From: a virus
Length of the DNA stretch: 64,000 nt
Virus record (IMG/VR): IMGVR_UViG_3300025437_000010
Span: 32,001 to 96,000 of that record
Direction: 5' to 3' (one strand)
In this document: positions 10,142 to 20,227 of the stretch, piece after piece
Layout of the letters: every line of letters begins with the position of its first letter
How positions within the stretch are numbered: position 1 is the stretch's first letter
Notes under the pieces: model-generated
Seen by the model: only the letters and a program-made list of their open reading frames with translations
What the model was told of the DNA's origin: nothing
The model's database searches: none
Position numbers and translations under genes: made by a program

Positions 10142-11279
10142 TTTAATTGGATTACTATGCTTGCTAATTGCCACCCCGGCGTTAGCAAGCATAGGGTCTA
10201 TTACCAATTTCAAAGGTGCTGGACAAATTAAACGTGGTTCCGCATCCATTCCTGCTAATCAAAATTCTGGCATTGAGAAAATGGACATTGTATCTACTAA
10301 CTCGCAAGGTAAGATAAAAATAACATTCATTGATGCAACTACTGTCAACATTACTGAAAACAGTAGACTCGTGATTGATGATTTTGTGTTTGATAGTAAA
10401 AATTCATCAAAGGGTAAATTGGGTCTTAAAGTGGCGTTAGGAACTATAAGATATACATCCGGCGCGCTGGCTCATGGAAATCCATCAGGCATTAACATAC
10501 GCACTCCTACGGCAACTATAGCGGTTCGTGGAACAGATTTTGTGATGTCCGTTGACGAAACTGGAGAATCTACGGTTATTCTTGTTCCAAATTGCTACGA
10601 TGATAAAGACATAACAAAAACTGAGTTTGATTGCTCATCCGGTGTTATTGAAGTCATAACTGCGGCTGGAATAGTAACTTTGAACAAGCCATTTCAGGCT
10701 ACTGTAGTCCAGAATTCATTTATACCACCATCACCTCCTATAAAAATTACTACTGCACTAAAAGTAATGAATAATAATATACAGATTTCTCCGCTTGCAA
10801 CTGATGATGGAAAAAGTTTAATTAAATTTGCAAAGAATGCAGCCACAAAATATGCCAACCCATCTAAGGCAATAGCAGATTCAAATAAAGACCCCACAAC
10901 AAATTCAAATGATAGCGCCGAAGAAGCAGAACTCGCCGTGCAACAAAAATCTTCAAGTCAAATCAATGATCAAAAAGATACACTTATACCCAAAATTACT
11001 GTTTCTGGTAGAGTGATATATACGAATGTATCACCTACCTATGTCAAACAGGTTCAGGAGGGGTGGGCATATGCGCGTATGTCAAGTGATAAAAATCAAG
11101 TCGTTGCAATATGGGTTGATCTTAAAACCGATACACAAATTATTTCGTCACAAGAAGGATTAATTGACTTCTACGATTTTGTGAATGCTAAGTATCCAAC
11201 TTCGGGATCAGGTAAAGCAACTGGTAACATAAATATAATACAAAATGGAGCAGTTCCACCAACTAATAGCGGAAAATAA
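10110..11279 (+). CDS. FecR-domain secreted protein
   Basis: Signal peptide; TPTATIAVRGTDF and ITENSRLVID motifs. Confidence 0.8.
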   Translation: MASLILKPVINLIGLLCLLIATPALASIGSITNFKGAGQIKRGSASIPANQNSGIEKMDIVSTNSQGKIKITFIDATTVNITENSRLVIDDFVFDSKNSSKGKLGLKVALGTIRYTSGALAHGNPSGINIRTPTATIAVRGTDFVMSVDETGESTVILVPNCYDDKDITKTEFDCSSGVIEVITAAGIVTLNKPFQATVVQNSFIPPSPPIKITTALKVMNNNIQISPLATDDGKSLIKFAKNAATKYANPSKAIADSNKDPTTNSNDSAEEAELAVQQKSSSQINDQKDTLIPKITVSGRVIYTNVSPTYVKQVQEGWAYARMSSDKNQVVAIWVDLKTDTQIISSQEGLIDFYDFVNAKYPTSGSGKATGNINIIQNGAVPPTNSGK

Positions 11280-11293
11280 TAAAGGATAGAGTC

Positions 11294-13351
11294 ATGAAAA
11301 AATTAAAAAAAATACTAATAAATCCGTGGTTGGCTCTCCTGACATTTGCAATATTGCTTATAGTTAAACTATCAAATCCATATTTAATAGATGCAATGAA
11401 ACTTAAATTTTATGACTATCTAATGTTAAGTAAACCAATTCACAGTGATCAGATTGTAATTGCAAATATTGGTGAAAGGGCATTAGAGAAATACGGACAA
11501 TATCCATTTCCCAGAGATACATATGCAAAAATCGTCAACAATCTATATGATAATCATCATGCTGGTTTAGTTGGCAGCACCATAATGTTTCCAGAAAAGG
11601 ATAGGTTTGGCGGAGATGATGTGTTTGCTAAGTCGCTTACAGAGCATCCAGTGGTTCTAAGTCAAACTGTTTCTGCCGATTGCACACGCAACAATAGTTC
11701 AACCCGTAAAACTGGCGTTGCAATAGTAGGTGATGGCAAGCCAACAGAATTTTTACCAAATTATCCATGTGTTCTTGATAATATTTCAGTGTTGCAAGAG
11801 TCTGCTGTAGGTGTTGGTATAACATCAACGCTTCCTGAAACCGATGGTGTTGTTCGTCGCGTTCCTATGCTGGCAACATCAAAAGGAGATTATTATCCTT
11901 CGTTTGCATTAGAAATGCTACGTGCTGCTACAGGTGATCCAAGTTATCAGGCAAAAATAAATGAGACCGGCATTGAGGCAGTTCGTATTCCACAGTTTGG
12001 TAAAATTTCCACTGACGAATATGGTCGCGTGTTTGTTAATCCGAATTATGTATTCTCATCGTTTGAAGTAGGCGGGAATATTCCGCATCTCGGTGGTAAG
12101 ATCGTTCTACTCGGTGTGACTGCGAACGGTGTTGCAAACCCTGTAGCAACGCCGTCTGGTGCCCGAATGCCCCATCAGGTTCAGGCCAGCATTCTTCAGA
12201 CTCTGATAAATCAGGATTCTGTATCAATTCCGAATTGGGTTGAATTGGTTGATCTTCTGGCATTTTTTATTCTTTCAGTTGCTGTTATTGGAATGTCAAA
12301 CTTACGTTATTCTATTATATGGATCGCAATATTATTAACTGGATATATTTATGCTCCCTTCTATATGTATATACATAATAAAATATTATTTGATGTGTCA
12401 TTCAATGTACTGGCAGTTCTGATCATTTATATACATGTTTATTCAGTAAAGTTCATCAGTGAATTTCTACAGAAACAACAAATCAAGAAACAGTTCGGCA
12501 CATATCTAAGTCCTGATCTGGTTGCCCAATTGCAACGTCAGCCTGAATTGCTGCAATTGGGTGGCACTGAACAAGAACTTTCAATCATGTTTACGGATGT
12601 TCGTGGATTCACGACGATTTCAGAACATTATGGTAAGAACGTGCAGGGCTTGACAAAAATTATGAATCGGTATATGACTGCTATGACCAAAGCAATTTTA
12701 GAAAATAAAGGCACTTTGGACAAATACATCGGAGACGCTCAGATGGCGTTTTGGAATGCGCCGGTCAGCAATGAACAACATGCTCTGGATGCCGTGCGTA
12801 CTGCCTTTCAGATGTTAAAATCTCTTGAGGAATTTAATTATGAAGTCACCAAAGAAGGAGTCCCTGCTTTTGGAATGGGTCTGGGAATCAATACTGATAC
12901 CGTTGTTGTTGGTAATATGGGAAGTGATCAGCGTTTTGACTATACTTGCTTGGGAGACGGTGTTAATCTTGCGTCACGGTTGGAAGGGCAGTCAAAGCCT
13001 TATGGAGTCAGAATCATCATTGGTCCAAAGACCGCACAATATGTCAAAGACCGATACCAAATCGTAGAACTTGATCTTATTGCCGTTAAAGGTAAAACTG
13101 AGCCAGTAAGAATATATACGGTTTTGGAACAATTTAAAAAGATTGATGAAAATGCACATAATATGATTTTAAGTGCTTATAGGCTCGGTGCATGGAAAAG
13201 AGCACTGGTCATGATACAAACGCGTGGAAACATGTGGAATGGGCAACTGGATAATTATTACAAGATGCTTGAAGAGCGGATTTTAGAAATTCAAAAAAAT
13301 CCGCCCGCTCCCAAAGATTGGGACGGGGTATATCGCGCTACATCAAAATAA
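11294..13351 (+). CDS. CHASE2-domain class III adenylate cyclase (membrane-bound)
   Basis: GQYPFPR and DGVVRRVP (CHASE2); 3 TM segments; FTDVRGFT, DKYIGDA, GDGVNLASRLE, VKGK. Confidence 0.92.
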   Translation: MKKLKKILINPWLALLTFAILLIVKLSNPYLIDAMKLKFYDYLMLSKPIHSDQIVIANIGERALEKYGQYPFPRDTYAKIVNNLYDNHHAGLVGSTIMFPEKDRFGGDDVFAKSLTEHPVVLSQTVSADCTRNNSSTRKTGVAIVGDGKPTEFLPNYPCVLDNISVLQESAVGVGITSTLPETDGVVRRVPMLATSKGDYYPSFALEMLRAATGDPSYQAKINETGIEAVRIPQFGKISTDEYGRVFVNPNYVFSSFEVGGNIPHLGGKIVLLGVTANGVANPVATPSGARMPHQVQASILQTLINQDSVSIPNWVELVDLLAFFILSVAVIGMSNLRYSIIWIAILLTGYIYAPFYMYIHNKILFDVSFNVLAVLIIYIHVYSVKFISEFLQKQQIKKQFGTYLSPDLVAQLQRQPELLQLGGTEQELSIMFTDVRGFTTISEHYGKNVQGLTKIMNRYMTAMTKAILENKGTLDKYIGDAQMAFWNAPVSNEQHALDAVRTAFQMLKSLEEFNYEVTKEGVPAFGMGLGINTDTVVVGNMGSDQRFDYTCLGDGVNLASRLEGQSKPYGVRIIIGPKTAQYVKDRYQIVELDLIAVKGKTEPVRIYTVLEQFKKIDENAHNMILSAYRLGAWKRALVMIQTRGNMWNGQLDNYYKMLEERILEIQKNPPAPKDWDGVYRATSK

Positions 13352-13365
13352 AGATAAATATATTC

Positions 13366-13953
13366 ATGATAACAACCGAAATCATCCATGAATCTGCCGC
13401 TGATGTGCTGGCGAAGAAATTGCCTTCATTTGAAAAGCATGACTATGATACTATTGACAAATTAGTTCGTAATGTTGCTGATAAACATAGCATTACCAGT
13501 GATGCATTGCATGATATATTTGTCAAAAAATATCATAAAACTCCCAAGGCTTGGATTGAAGACCTCAAAGATTTGGATGAAACCAGCGGTAATCCTTCTG
13601 ATGATATTGGTGAAGAGGTAAAGAAATTTGCTGAATGGACCGGTCGCCGCCTCAACCTCAACCATCTTCCCAAAATTGAACTTAGTCATGACAGCGATGA
13701 TGCACAAAATAACCATCATACTGGTGGACACATGCCCGGTTCAGGATCGGTATGGGTTTATGCAAAAAATAGAAATCTTGTAGACATACTGAGAACCGTA
13801 GCACACGAACTTACCCATGTACGACAAGAAGAACTCGGAATGATCAAACCAGGATCAAGCTATCCCGGAAGTCCAATAGAATTACTAGCCGATATGGTAG
13901 CTGGAAAACTGATTAAGATTTATGGCGAAAAGAATCATCACATCTTTCAATAA
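13366..13953 (+). CDS. Two-domain protein with C-terminal HExxH zincin-like domain
   Basis: VAHELTH with downstream E; ATG 5 nt after TAAATA. Confidence 0.65.
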   Translation: MITTEIIHESAADVLAKKLPSFEKHDYDTIDKLVRNVADKHSITSDALHDIFVKKYHKTPKAWIEDLKDLDETSGNPSDDIGEEVKKFAEWTGRRLNLNHLPKIELSHDSDDAQNNHHTGGHMPGSGSVWVYAKNRNLVDILRTVAHELTHVRQEELGMIKPGSSYPGSPIELLADMVAGKLIKIYGEKNHHIFQ

Positions 13954-14018
13954 ATTGGACAAAAACATTGACTTATCTGCGTAGTGTGTTATAATAACTA
14001 GACTAATAAGGAGATAAT

Positions 14019-14279
14019 ATGTCTAACAGAACTTTTAACGCAGAAGCCACTCTTAAATTGAAGCAGTTGATCAACGAAGGACTAAATGTCCTACAGGAAG
14101 TTGAAACTCTCAACGAAGGTCTAAATGACACCGTTAAGTCTATTGCTGAGGAATTGGAAATCAAATCGTCAATTCTCAAGAAGGCGATCAAAGTTGCCCA
14201 CAAGCAGCGCCTTGAACAAACTAATGAAGAAAATGAAGCACTCAACCATATTCTACAGGTAGTCGGGAAAGCCAACTAA
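14019..14279 (+). CDS. T4 DsbA/GapR-like dsDNA-binding protein
   Basis: Helical 86-aa pattern LKQLINEG...IAEELEIK..ILKKAIK; located before the polymerase. Confidence 0.55.
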   Translation: MSNRTFNAEATLKLKQLINEGLNVLQEVETLNEGLNDTVKSIAEELEIKSSILKKAIKVAHKQRLEQTNEENEALNHILQVVGKAN

Positions 14280-15971
14280 GTGTCATATGTTGATGCCATC
14301 CTTTCAATAAAGGATGATAAAATACATGTGGTAGAGCGAAGCCCTGAAGGCAATCGGATATACAAAGAATATCCAACAAATTATGTTTTTTATTACCCTG
14401 ACCCAAAGGGAAAGCATCGTTCTATTTTTGGTAATCCACTTAGTAGATTTTCAACTCGCAAGAGAAATGAGTTTGAAAAGGAAAAGCGGATTCATGGTAA
14501 CAAAAAACTATTTGAAAGTGATGTTAATGCGGTATTTAGATGCTTGGCAGACAACTATCTCAATGTAGAACCTCCCAAGTTACATACTTGCTTTTTTGAT
14601 ATTGAGACGGACTTTGATCCTGAAAAGGGTTTCAGTCCGACAGACGATCCATTTAATCCAGTCACGGCGATTTCTTTGTATTTGGATTGGAAAGATCAGT
14701 TAATCACTCTTGCTATTCCACCAAAACACATGACCGATGAAACGGCGCAAGAGTTAGTGCGTGACTTTCCTAACACGTTTCTGTTTCGTTCTGAAATTGA
14801 AATGTTTGAGACATTCTTCCAACTGATTGAAGATGCCGATATTCTCACTGGGTGGAACTCAGAGGGATACGATATTCCTTATTGTGTAAATCGGGTAACC
14901 CGAATTATGTCTAAGGATGATACACGTAAGTTCTGCCTTCTTGGTCAACTTCCGAAGATTCGCACATATGAACGATTTGGTAAAGAAGAAACTACCTACG
15001 ATTTAGTCGGGCGAGTTCATATGGACTATTTGCAGTTATATAAAAAGTATAACTACGAATCGCGCCATAGTTATTCTCTTGATGCAATTGGTGAAATGGA
15101 AGTAGGTGAACGTAAGACTCAATATGAGGGTTCACTTGACCAGTTATACAATCAAGATTTCAAAACCTTTATTGAATATAACCGACAGGATACTATGCTT
15201 ATGGTGAAGATTCATCGTAAGACTAAGTTTCTTGAATTAGCAAACGCACTGGCACATGAAAACACAGTGTTGTTACCAACGGCTATGGGTTCGGTGGCGA
15301 TGATCGAAATGGCGGTCATCAATGACGCACATTCTCGTGGATTTGTCGTTCCCGATAAGAATAGGAAAGATGGACCAAGCGATGACCAACAGGCGGCTGG
15401 TGCATATGTTGCCACACCACAGGTTGGAATGCACGAATGGGTGGGAGCAGTGGATATTAACTCACTGTATCCTTCTGACATTCGTGCATTGAACATGTCA
15501 CCAGAAACCATCGTTGCTCAGGTTCGTCAGACTCTTACCGAACAGTATATGGCTGACAAAACCAAAAAAATCAAGCAAAGCAAAAAACAGAGCAAAAGAA
15601 AGGATAGCACTACTGACAAAGAAATAACTGCTGCTTTGTTATGGGAAAATCTTTTTGGATCGCTTGAATATACTGCGATCATGAATCAGGAACGTGGCAC
15701 TATATTGATCGTTGACTATGAAGACGGAAGATCAGTAGAAATGTCTGCTGCTGAAATCTGGAAGATGATATTTGACAGCAATAATCCATATATTCTCTCT
15801 GCGAATGGCACGATCTTTACCTATGAAAGGGAAGGAGTCATCCCCGGTTTGCTATCAAGATGGTATTCAGAACGTAAGGCTACACAAAAGCAAGCCAAGA
15901 CGGTCAGAACTTTAAACTCTGGTATTGAAATCAATTCAAAATTAGCCGAAAAACTTAAAAAAATACTTTAA
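14280..15971 (+). CDS. Family B DNA polymerase, N-terminal subunit (exonuclease, motif A, first finger helix)
   Basis: FFDIETD, GWNSEGYDIPY, YNRQD, DINSLYPS, WYSERK. Confidence 0.92.
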   Translation: MSYVDAILSIKDDKIHVVERSPEGNRIYKEYPTNYVFYYPDPKGKHRSIFGNPLSRFSTRKRNEFEKEKRIHGNKKLFESDVNAVFRCLADNYLNVEPPKLHTCFFDIETDFDPEKGFSPTDDPFNPVTAISLYLDWKDQLITLAIPPKHMTDETAQELVRDFPNTFLFRSEIEMFETFFQLIEDADILTGWNSEGYDIPYCVNRVTRIMSKDDTRKFCLLGQLPKIRTYERFGKEETTYDLVGRVHMDYLQLYKKYNYESRHSYSLDAIGEMEVGERKTQYEGSLDQLYNQDFKTFIEYNRQDTMLMVKIHRKTKFLELANALAHENTVLLPTAMGSVAMIEMAVINDAHSRGFVVPDKNRKDGPSDDQQAAGAYVATPQVGMHEWVGAVDINSLYPSDIRALNMSPETIVAQVRQTLTEQYMADKTKKIKQSKKQSKRKDSTTDKEITAALLWENLFGSLEYTAIMNQERGTILIVDYEDGRSVEMSAAEIWKMIFDSNNPYILSANGTIFTYEREGVIPGLLSRWYSERKATQKQAKTVRTLNSGIEINSKLAEKLKKIL

Positions 15972-15975
15972 GTGA

Positions 15976-15998
15976 TAAATACCCTATACGGAGGTATT
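15976..15998 (+). promoter_or_regulatory. Late promoter overlapping an RBS-sequestering hairpin for the HNH gene
   Basis: TAAATA at 15976-15981; AATACC (15978-83) pairs with GGTATT (15993-98) over GGAGG. Confidence 0.6.
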
Positions 15999-17177
15999 AT
16001 GAACTTAATTGATATAGAAACCATTATGAGAGACATGTGCAGTATAAAACATGAACACTCATTTAAACGATACCTAAAATTGATTGAAATTTACAGAAAA
16101 TTAAATTTATCCAAGAAAAGTTTTGGAAAAGGTGAGATTGAAGCGCATCACATTCTTCCAAGTAAAATATGGCAAGAATATAAAAAAGAAAAATGGAATA
16201 TAGTGAACCTACCCGTCCGTGCTCATGTTATCGCGCATTATCTACTTTATAAATTTTTACCAAAATCGGAGTGTGTGTTTGCGTTTAATCAGATGCACAG
16301 AGTTTCCGTAAAAACAGGAAAGTTAAACGCCAGATTATATGCCAAAGCGAGAATTGAATTGGCGCAGTTGGTAAGCAAAGTCAATTCCGGCAGAAAATGG
16401 TCAGATGAACAGCACAAATTGCATAGAAAAATTCATTGTGGTAAAAACACATATCGCAATATCACATCTGGAGAGTGTAAAAAGTTTATAGTAGGAGATG
16501 AACCGGCAGGATGGGAGCCGTTCCAGACTGGTCGGACAAAGAGTATTGCAGCAAAAGAAAAAATGGGAGAGTCAATGTCTGGAAGAATATGGCAATATCA
16601 TTCGGAATCTAAAGAGGTTAAATTTGCAAACTTTTTAATAGATGGGTTTACGAAGGGAATACCGCCATGGTTTGTCTATGATCATGCAGAAATTACGAAA
16701 ACCTACAAATGGGCATATAATCCGGATACAAACGAAGTTATTCGGTGCGCAGAAATTGATATTCCCGTTGGGTTTGAATTGGGGCGGGACCCGTCTTATG
16801 TTAACAAAGGATTTGAAAAAATAAATCAGTCCGGTTTATGTAGGATGCTGGACATTGAAGACAAATGTTATACGCTAGTATCAGAAGATATTTTACCTAA
16901 CCCACGATATGTTAAACATGGTGCTTGTGTTGACGATATTTATGTGATATTATACAAAGACAGTATTTATTATTCTTGGGTTGATGTAGAACGAGAACAC
17001 CCAGAATTGCCGAAAATGAACAAAAAGAGAGATATCTCTCTACTTGACTACGTTGTGCCTAAAAAGCATTTTAACCAAACACCAGATAGGCAACGTTTTT
17101 GTGAAATGCATCATGGTAAAACATTTGGAGAAATTGGAATATCTATGCGAAAACTAAAGGAAAATGACAATGATTGA
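15999..17177 (+). CDS. Free-standing HNH homing endonuclease
   Basis: EAHHILP...NIVNLPVRAHVIAHYLL; NUMOD-like repeats ending GWEP and GFELGR. Confidence 0.8.
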   Translation: MNLIDIETIMRDMCSIKHEHSFKRYLKLIEIYRKLNLSKKSFGKGEIEAHHILPSKIWQEYKKEKWNIVNLPVRAHVIAHYLLYKFLPKSECVFAFNQMHRVSVKTGKLNARLYAKARIELAQLVSKVNSGRKWSDEQHKLHRKIHCGKNTYRNITSGECKKFIVGDEPAGWEPFQTGRTKSIAAKEKMGESMSGRIWQYHSESKEVKFANFLIDGFTKGIPPWFVYDHAEITKTYKWAYNPDTNEVIRCAEIDIPVGFELGRDPSYVNKGFEKINQSGLCRMLDIEDKCYTLVSEDILPNPRYVKHGACVDDIYVILYKDSIYYSWVDVEREHPELPKMNKKRDISLLDYVVPKKHFNQTPDRQRFCEMHHGKTFGEIGISMRKLKENDND

Positions 17178-17362
17178 TACAGAATATATCAACACCCTAA
17201 TAAAGACAGAAGACGTTGATGGTCTTGCCGCGTATATGAAAAAATATAAATTGCGATTATCCGCAGACAACAAAATTATTGGTGATGCGGATGTTGTTGC
17301 TGAATCTTATGCTTACTGGGATAAAAGACAACTCGTGCGAAAAATTCTCCTAAACTCTGCGT
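17164..17362 (+). CDS. DNA polymerase C-terminal subunit, exon 1
   Basis: Own AAGGA RBS and ATG; YWDKRQLVRKILLNSA (motif B). Confidence 0.85.
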
Positions 17363-17642
17363 TAATTCCTAGCGCCCTTGTGTAGTGATACACACTGAAT
17401 AACCCGTCTAATTGCTGGAAACTCTCATTGCGTAATGGCAGAGACAATCAGCAGCCAAGTAGAAATAGATTATTTCTAAAGGTTCAACGACTAGCCCATA
17501 GTGGCGTAAGCAATAAGCCAATGATTGCTGAAACGGCGGGGGTCTATACTTAATAGATCGTGATATAGTCTGTTCTAATATGAAAATATTAGCAGCATTT
17601 TAAATGCGGATGTGAAATTGCTAATCACATTGAACACTAAAG
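17363..17642 (+). ncRNA. Group I intron (IA-like), ORF-less, 280 nt
   Basis: Exon-terminal U pairs with G in P1 (GCGU/GCGC). P AATTGCTGGAAA, Q AATCAGCAG, R GTTCAACGACTA, S GATATAGTC. P3 CCCGTC/GGCGGG; terminal G. Splicing restores LNSA-Y-GALLN. Confidence 0.92.
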
Positions 17643-18700
17643 ATGGTGCACTTCTAAACGAACACTGCCGATTCTATGATAAACGAATCGGTCAGTCAGT
17701 AACTCTTTCTGGTCGTCAAATTGTTCGCCACATGATGAGCAAGATCAATGAGATTATTGAAGGGACTTATTCTCACGAAGGAAGTTCAATCGTATATGGA
17801 GATACTGACTCCTGCTATTTCTCTGCATATCCAATTCTTAAGAGTCAAATTGATTCTGGTGAAGTTGAATGGGACAAAGACACCTGCGTTGCATTGTATG
17901 ATAACATAGCAGAACAGACCAATGAAAGTTTTCCTGCATTCATGGAGAAAGCATTTCATTGTCCACGCAAGAATGGTGCAGTCATTAAGGCTGGTCGCGA
18001 ATTGATTGGTGATCGTGCTATCTTTATTGCCAAGAAGATTTATGCCATCAATATTTTTGATCTTGAAGGCGATAGACTTGATCTGATTATTGACGAGAAT
18101 GATGCTATCAAAAAAGGCGTAAATATCGGTTACGGTAAGGTAAAGGCTATGGGTGTCGCATTGAAGCGGTCGGATACGCCAAAATACATTCAAGAGTTTT
18201 TAATGGATGTATTGTGTATGGTAATTCAACAAGGCAAACAGCGCGAGGAAGTTATTCAAAAAATAAAAACGTTTAAAACCTATCTTTCTGGTCAAGATAG
18301 TTGGACCAAAGGTAATCCCAAGTCTGTAAATAAACTAACGTATCATACTGCAAAATTTGAAAAAACTGGACAGTGTGGAGTTGGTCATGCCAAGGCAGCA
18401 ATCAATTACAATTATCTGCGTAGAATGCACGGTGATAACTACAGCCAAAAAATTGTTGATGGCATGAAGGTAATTGTATGTTCACTTAAACCCAATCCTC
18501 TCGGATTTACATCTATTGCATACCCAACCGATGAATTAAGATTGCCTCAATGGTTTTTGGATTTGCCATTTGATGACAAGGACATGGAACGCAAATTGAT
18601 AGATGAAAAAATTGAGAACTTGCTCGGCGTCCTAAAATGGGACTTACGAATTGATACTGATACAAACAGCACCTTCGCAGATTTGTTCAATTTTGGTTAA
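17643..18700 (+). CDS. DNA polymerase C-terminal subunit, exon 2
   Basis: GALLN, GQSVTLSG, YGDTDS, KKIYA, KRSDTP. Confidence 0.92.
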
Positions 18701-18763
18701 CAGGCTTGTTGACTTATATCACAAATTCATGTAATATAGACATTATATAACAAAGGAAATACA

Positions 18764-19495
18764 ATGAAAGATTATCTTCTTGATATCATTCAACACACCC
18801 ATGGTTTAGGTGGAGTTGATTTAGTTAAGGTTGTCGGAACGGATGCCGATACTCAAGTTACTGCCTCTTCGGAAGACCGAACGGTTATCGTATATGGAAA
18901 CTTTAAGGCTCCATTAGCAGATTTCATCGGCACGTTTGGAATGCCAAATTTGTCTAAGTTAAAGACTATCGTAAGTTTTGATGACTACGATGACGATTCC
19001 ATTATCAATGTTACCCGAGGAACACACTCTGATGCGACTGCACCATCAGCCATTCACTTTGAAACTAAGTCGGGTGACTTCATCAATGACTATCGTTTAA
19101 TGGCTAAGACAATCGTTGAGGATAAAGTTAAGAATGTTACATTCAAAGGAACTACTTGGGATGTGGAATTTGAACCTTCAATGAACAGCATTCAGCGATT
19201 GAAGAATCAGGCACAGGCCAACAGTGAAGAACTTTATTTCAAGACCAAGACTGACAACGGCGACTTGAAGATTTATTTTGGGGATGCGTCAACGCACTCC
19301 GGTAATTTCGTGTTCCAATCAAATATTACTGGAAACTTAAGCAAGCCGTGGAATTGGCCAGTCAAGGTTTTCCTTGCAATCATGGGGCTTCCGGGCGACA
19401 AGACAGTCCGCATCGCGGATGCAGGTGTCACTGAAATTACAGTTGACAGTGGTCTTGCCATATGGCGTTATCTACTCCCAGCACAGGCTAAGTAA
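18764..19495 (+). CDS. Sliding clamp (gp45-like)
   Basis: 243 aa, beta-rich two-domain pattern, directly after a polymerase ending in a hydrophobic clamp-binding-like tail (FADLFNF). Confidence 0.6.
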   Translation: MKDYLLDIIQHTHGLGGVDLVKVVGTDADTQVTASSEDRTVIVYGNFKAPLADFIGTFGMPNLSKLKTIVSFDDYDDDSIINVTRGTHSDATAPSAIHFETKSGDFINDYRLMAKTIVEDKVKNVTFKGTTWDVEFEPSMNSIQRLKNQAQANSEELYFKTKTDNGDLKIYFGDASTHSGNFVFQSNITGNLSKPWNWPVKVFLAIMGLPGDKTVRIADAGVTEITVDSGLAIWRYLLPAQAK

Positions 19496-19496
19496 T

Positions 19497-19874
19497 ATGA
19501 TCAATGGAATTAGTTCAAGCAGTAAACATATAGTGACATATGGCACGACTTCAAACAAGCCATATATAAATTCTTCGTATAACACATTGCTGGGCATTGG
19601 TAATCTTCGCTATAATCCATCTACAGTCATGTTTGAAGTATACGATGGAAATTCATGGCTTCCTTTTCCCGAGTCAATCACCAGTATTGGTATTACTACA
19701 CAGGCGGAATCAGCACTTGATTGGGTAATACAAAAAATGAATGAAGAGAAGCAGATTGAAGAACTCGCAAAAACAAGCCCTGTCATTCAAGATTTGATTA
19801 ATCAAATCAATGAAAAGAAAGAGCAGATCAAGGTAGTTCAAACTCTGCTCAAGGAAGAGTCTAAAATTGCATGA
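19497..19874 (+). CDS. Hypothetical protein
   Basis: ATG immediately after the clamp stop codon. Confidence 0.6.
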   Translation: MINGISSSSKHIVTYGTTSNKPYINSSYNTLLGIGNLRYNPSTVMFEVYDGNSWLPFPESITSIGITTQAESALDWVIQKMNEEKQIEELAKTSPVIQDLINQINEKKEQIKVVQTLLKEESKIA

Positions 19875-20211
19875 CATGCAGCGGCAGATGATTCTGTCTG
19901 ACAATAGAAATATGATTAAAGATAGGGCGGCGCGTATTTTATGGGTTTCTCTATCTTTACCACTCCATAAAATTAATGCTGGCATTCGGGTGCATGGCAG
20001 CGATAATGAATTTAATTTTGAAGAGTTCAAGAGTTTTGTAAAAAACTTTATTAATAGTGAAGCTCTTGAATTTACCCAAAAATCTTGCATTTTGATTAGT
20101 GATGAGGTATATGAGTATATAGCAACTCGCTATCCTAATCGCATGATTGAAATTACCGTTTCAACTAATGACGACAATGACGGTTCAACCATTTACTATC
20201 ACACCCTTTAG
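19867..20211 (+). CDS. Degenerate QueD/PTPS (T-fold)-like protein
   Basis: KSC.LISD..Y..I..RYPNR.I.I.VS pattern; His ligands absent. Confidence 0.4.
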   Translation: MHDMQRQMILSDNRNMIKDRAARILWVSLSLPLHKINAGIRVHGSDNEFNFEEFKSFVKNFINSEALEFTQKSCILISDEVYEYIATRYPNRMIEITVSTNDDNDGSTIYYHTL

Positions 20212-20227
20212 ACACAAGGAATATAAA

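Noticed and set aside
15900-17300. Intein or second intron carrying the HNH within the polymerase
   Set aside because: There are stops and frame changes on both sides, no splice-junction residues, no room for an intron core, and the C-part has its own RBS.
17612-17642. GTG start of a third polymerase piece (ORF track)
   Set aside because: It lies inside the intron; splicing gives the conserved motif B.
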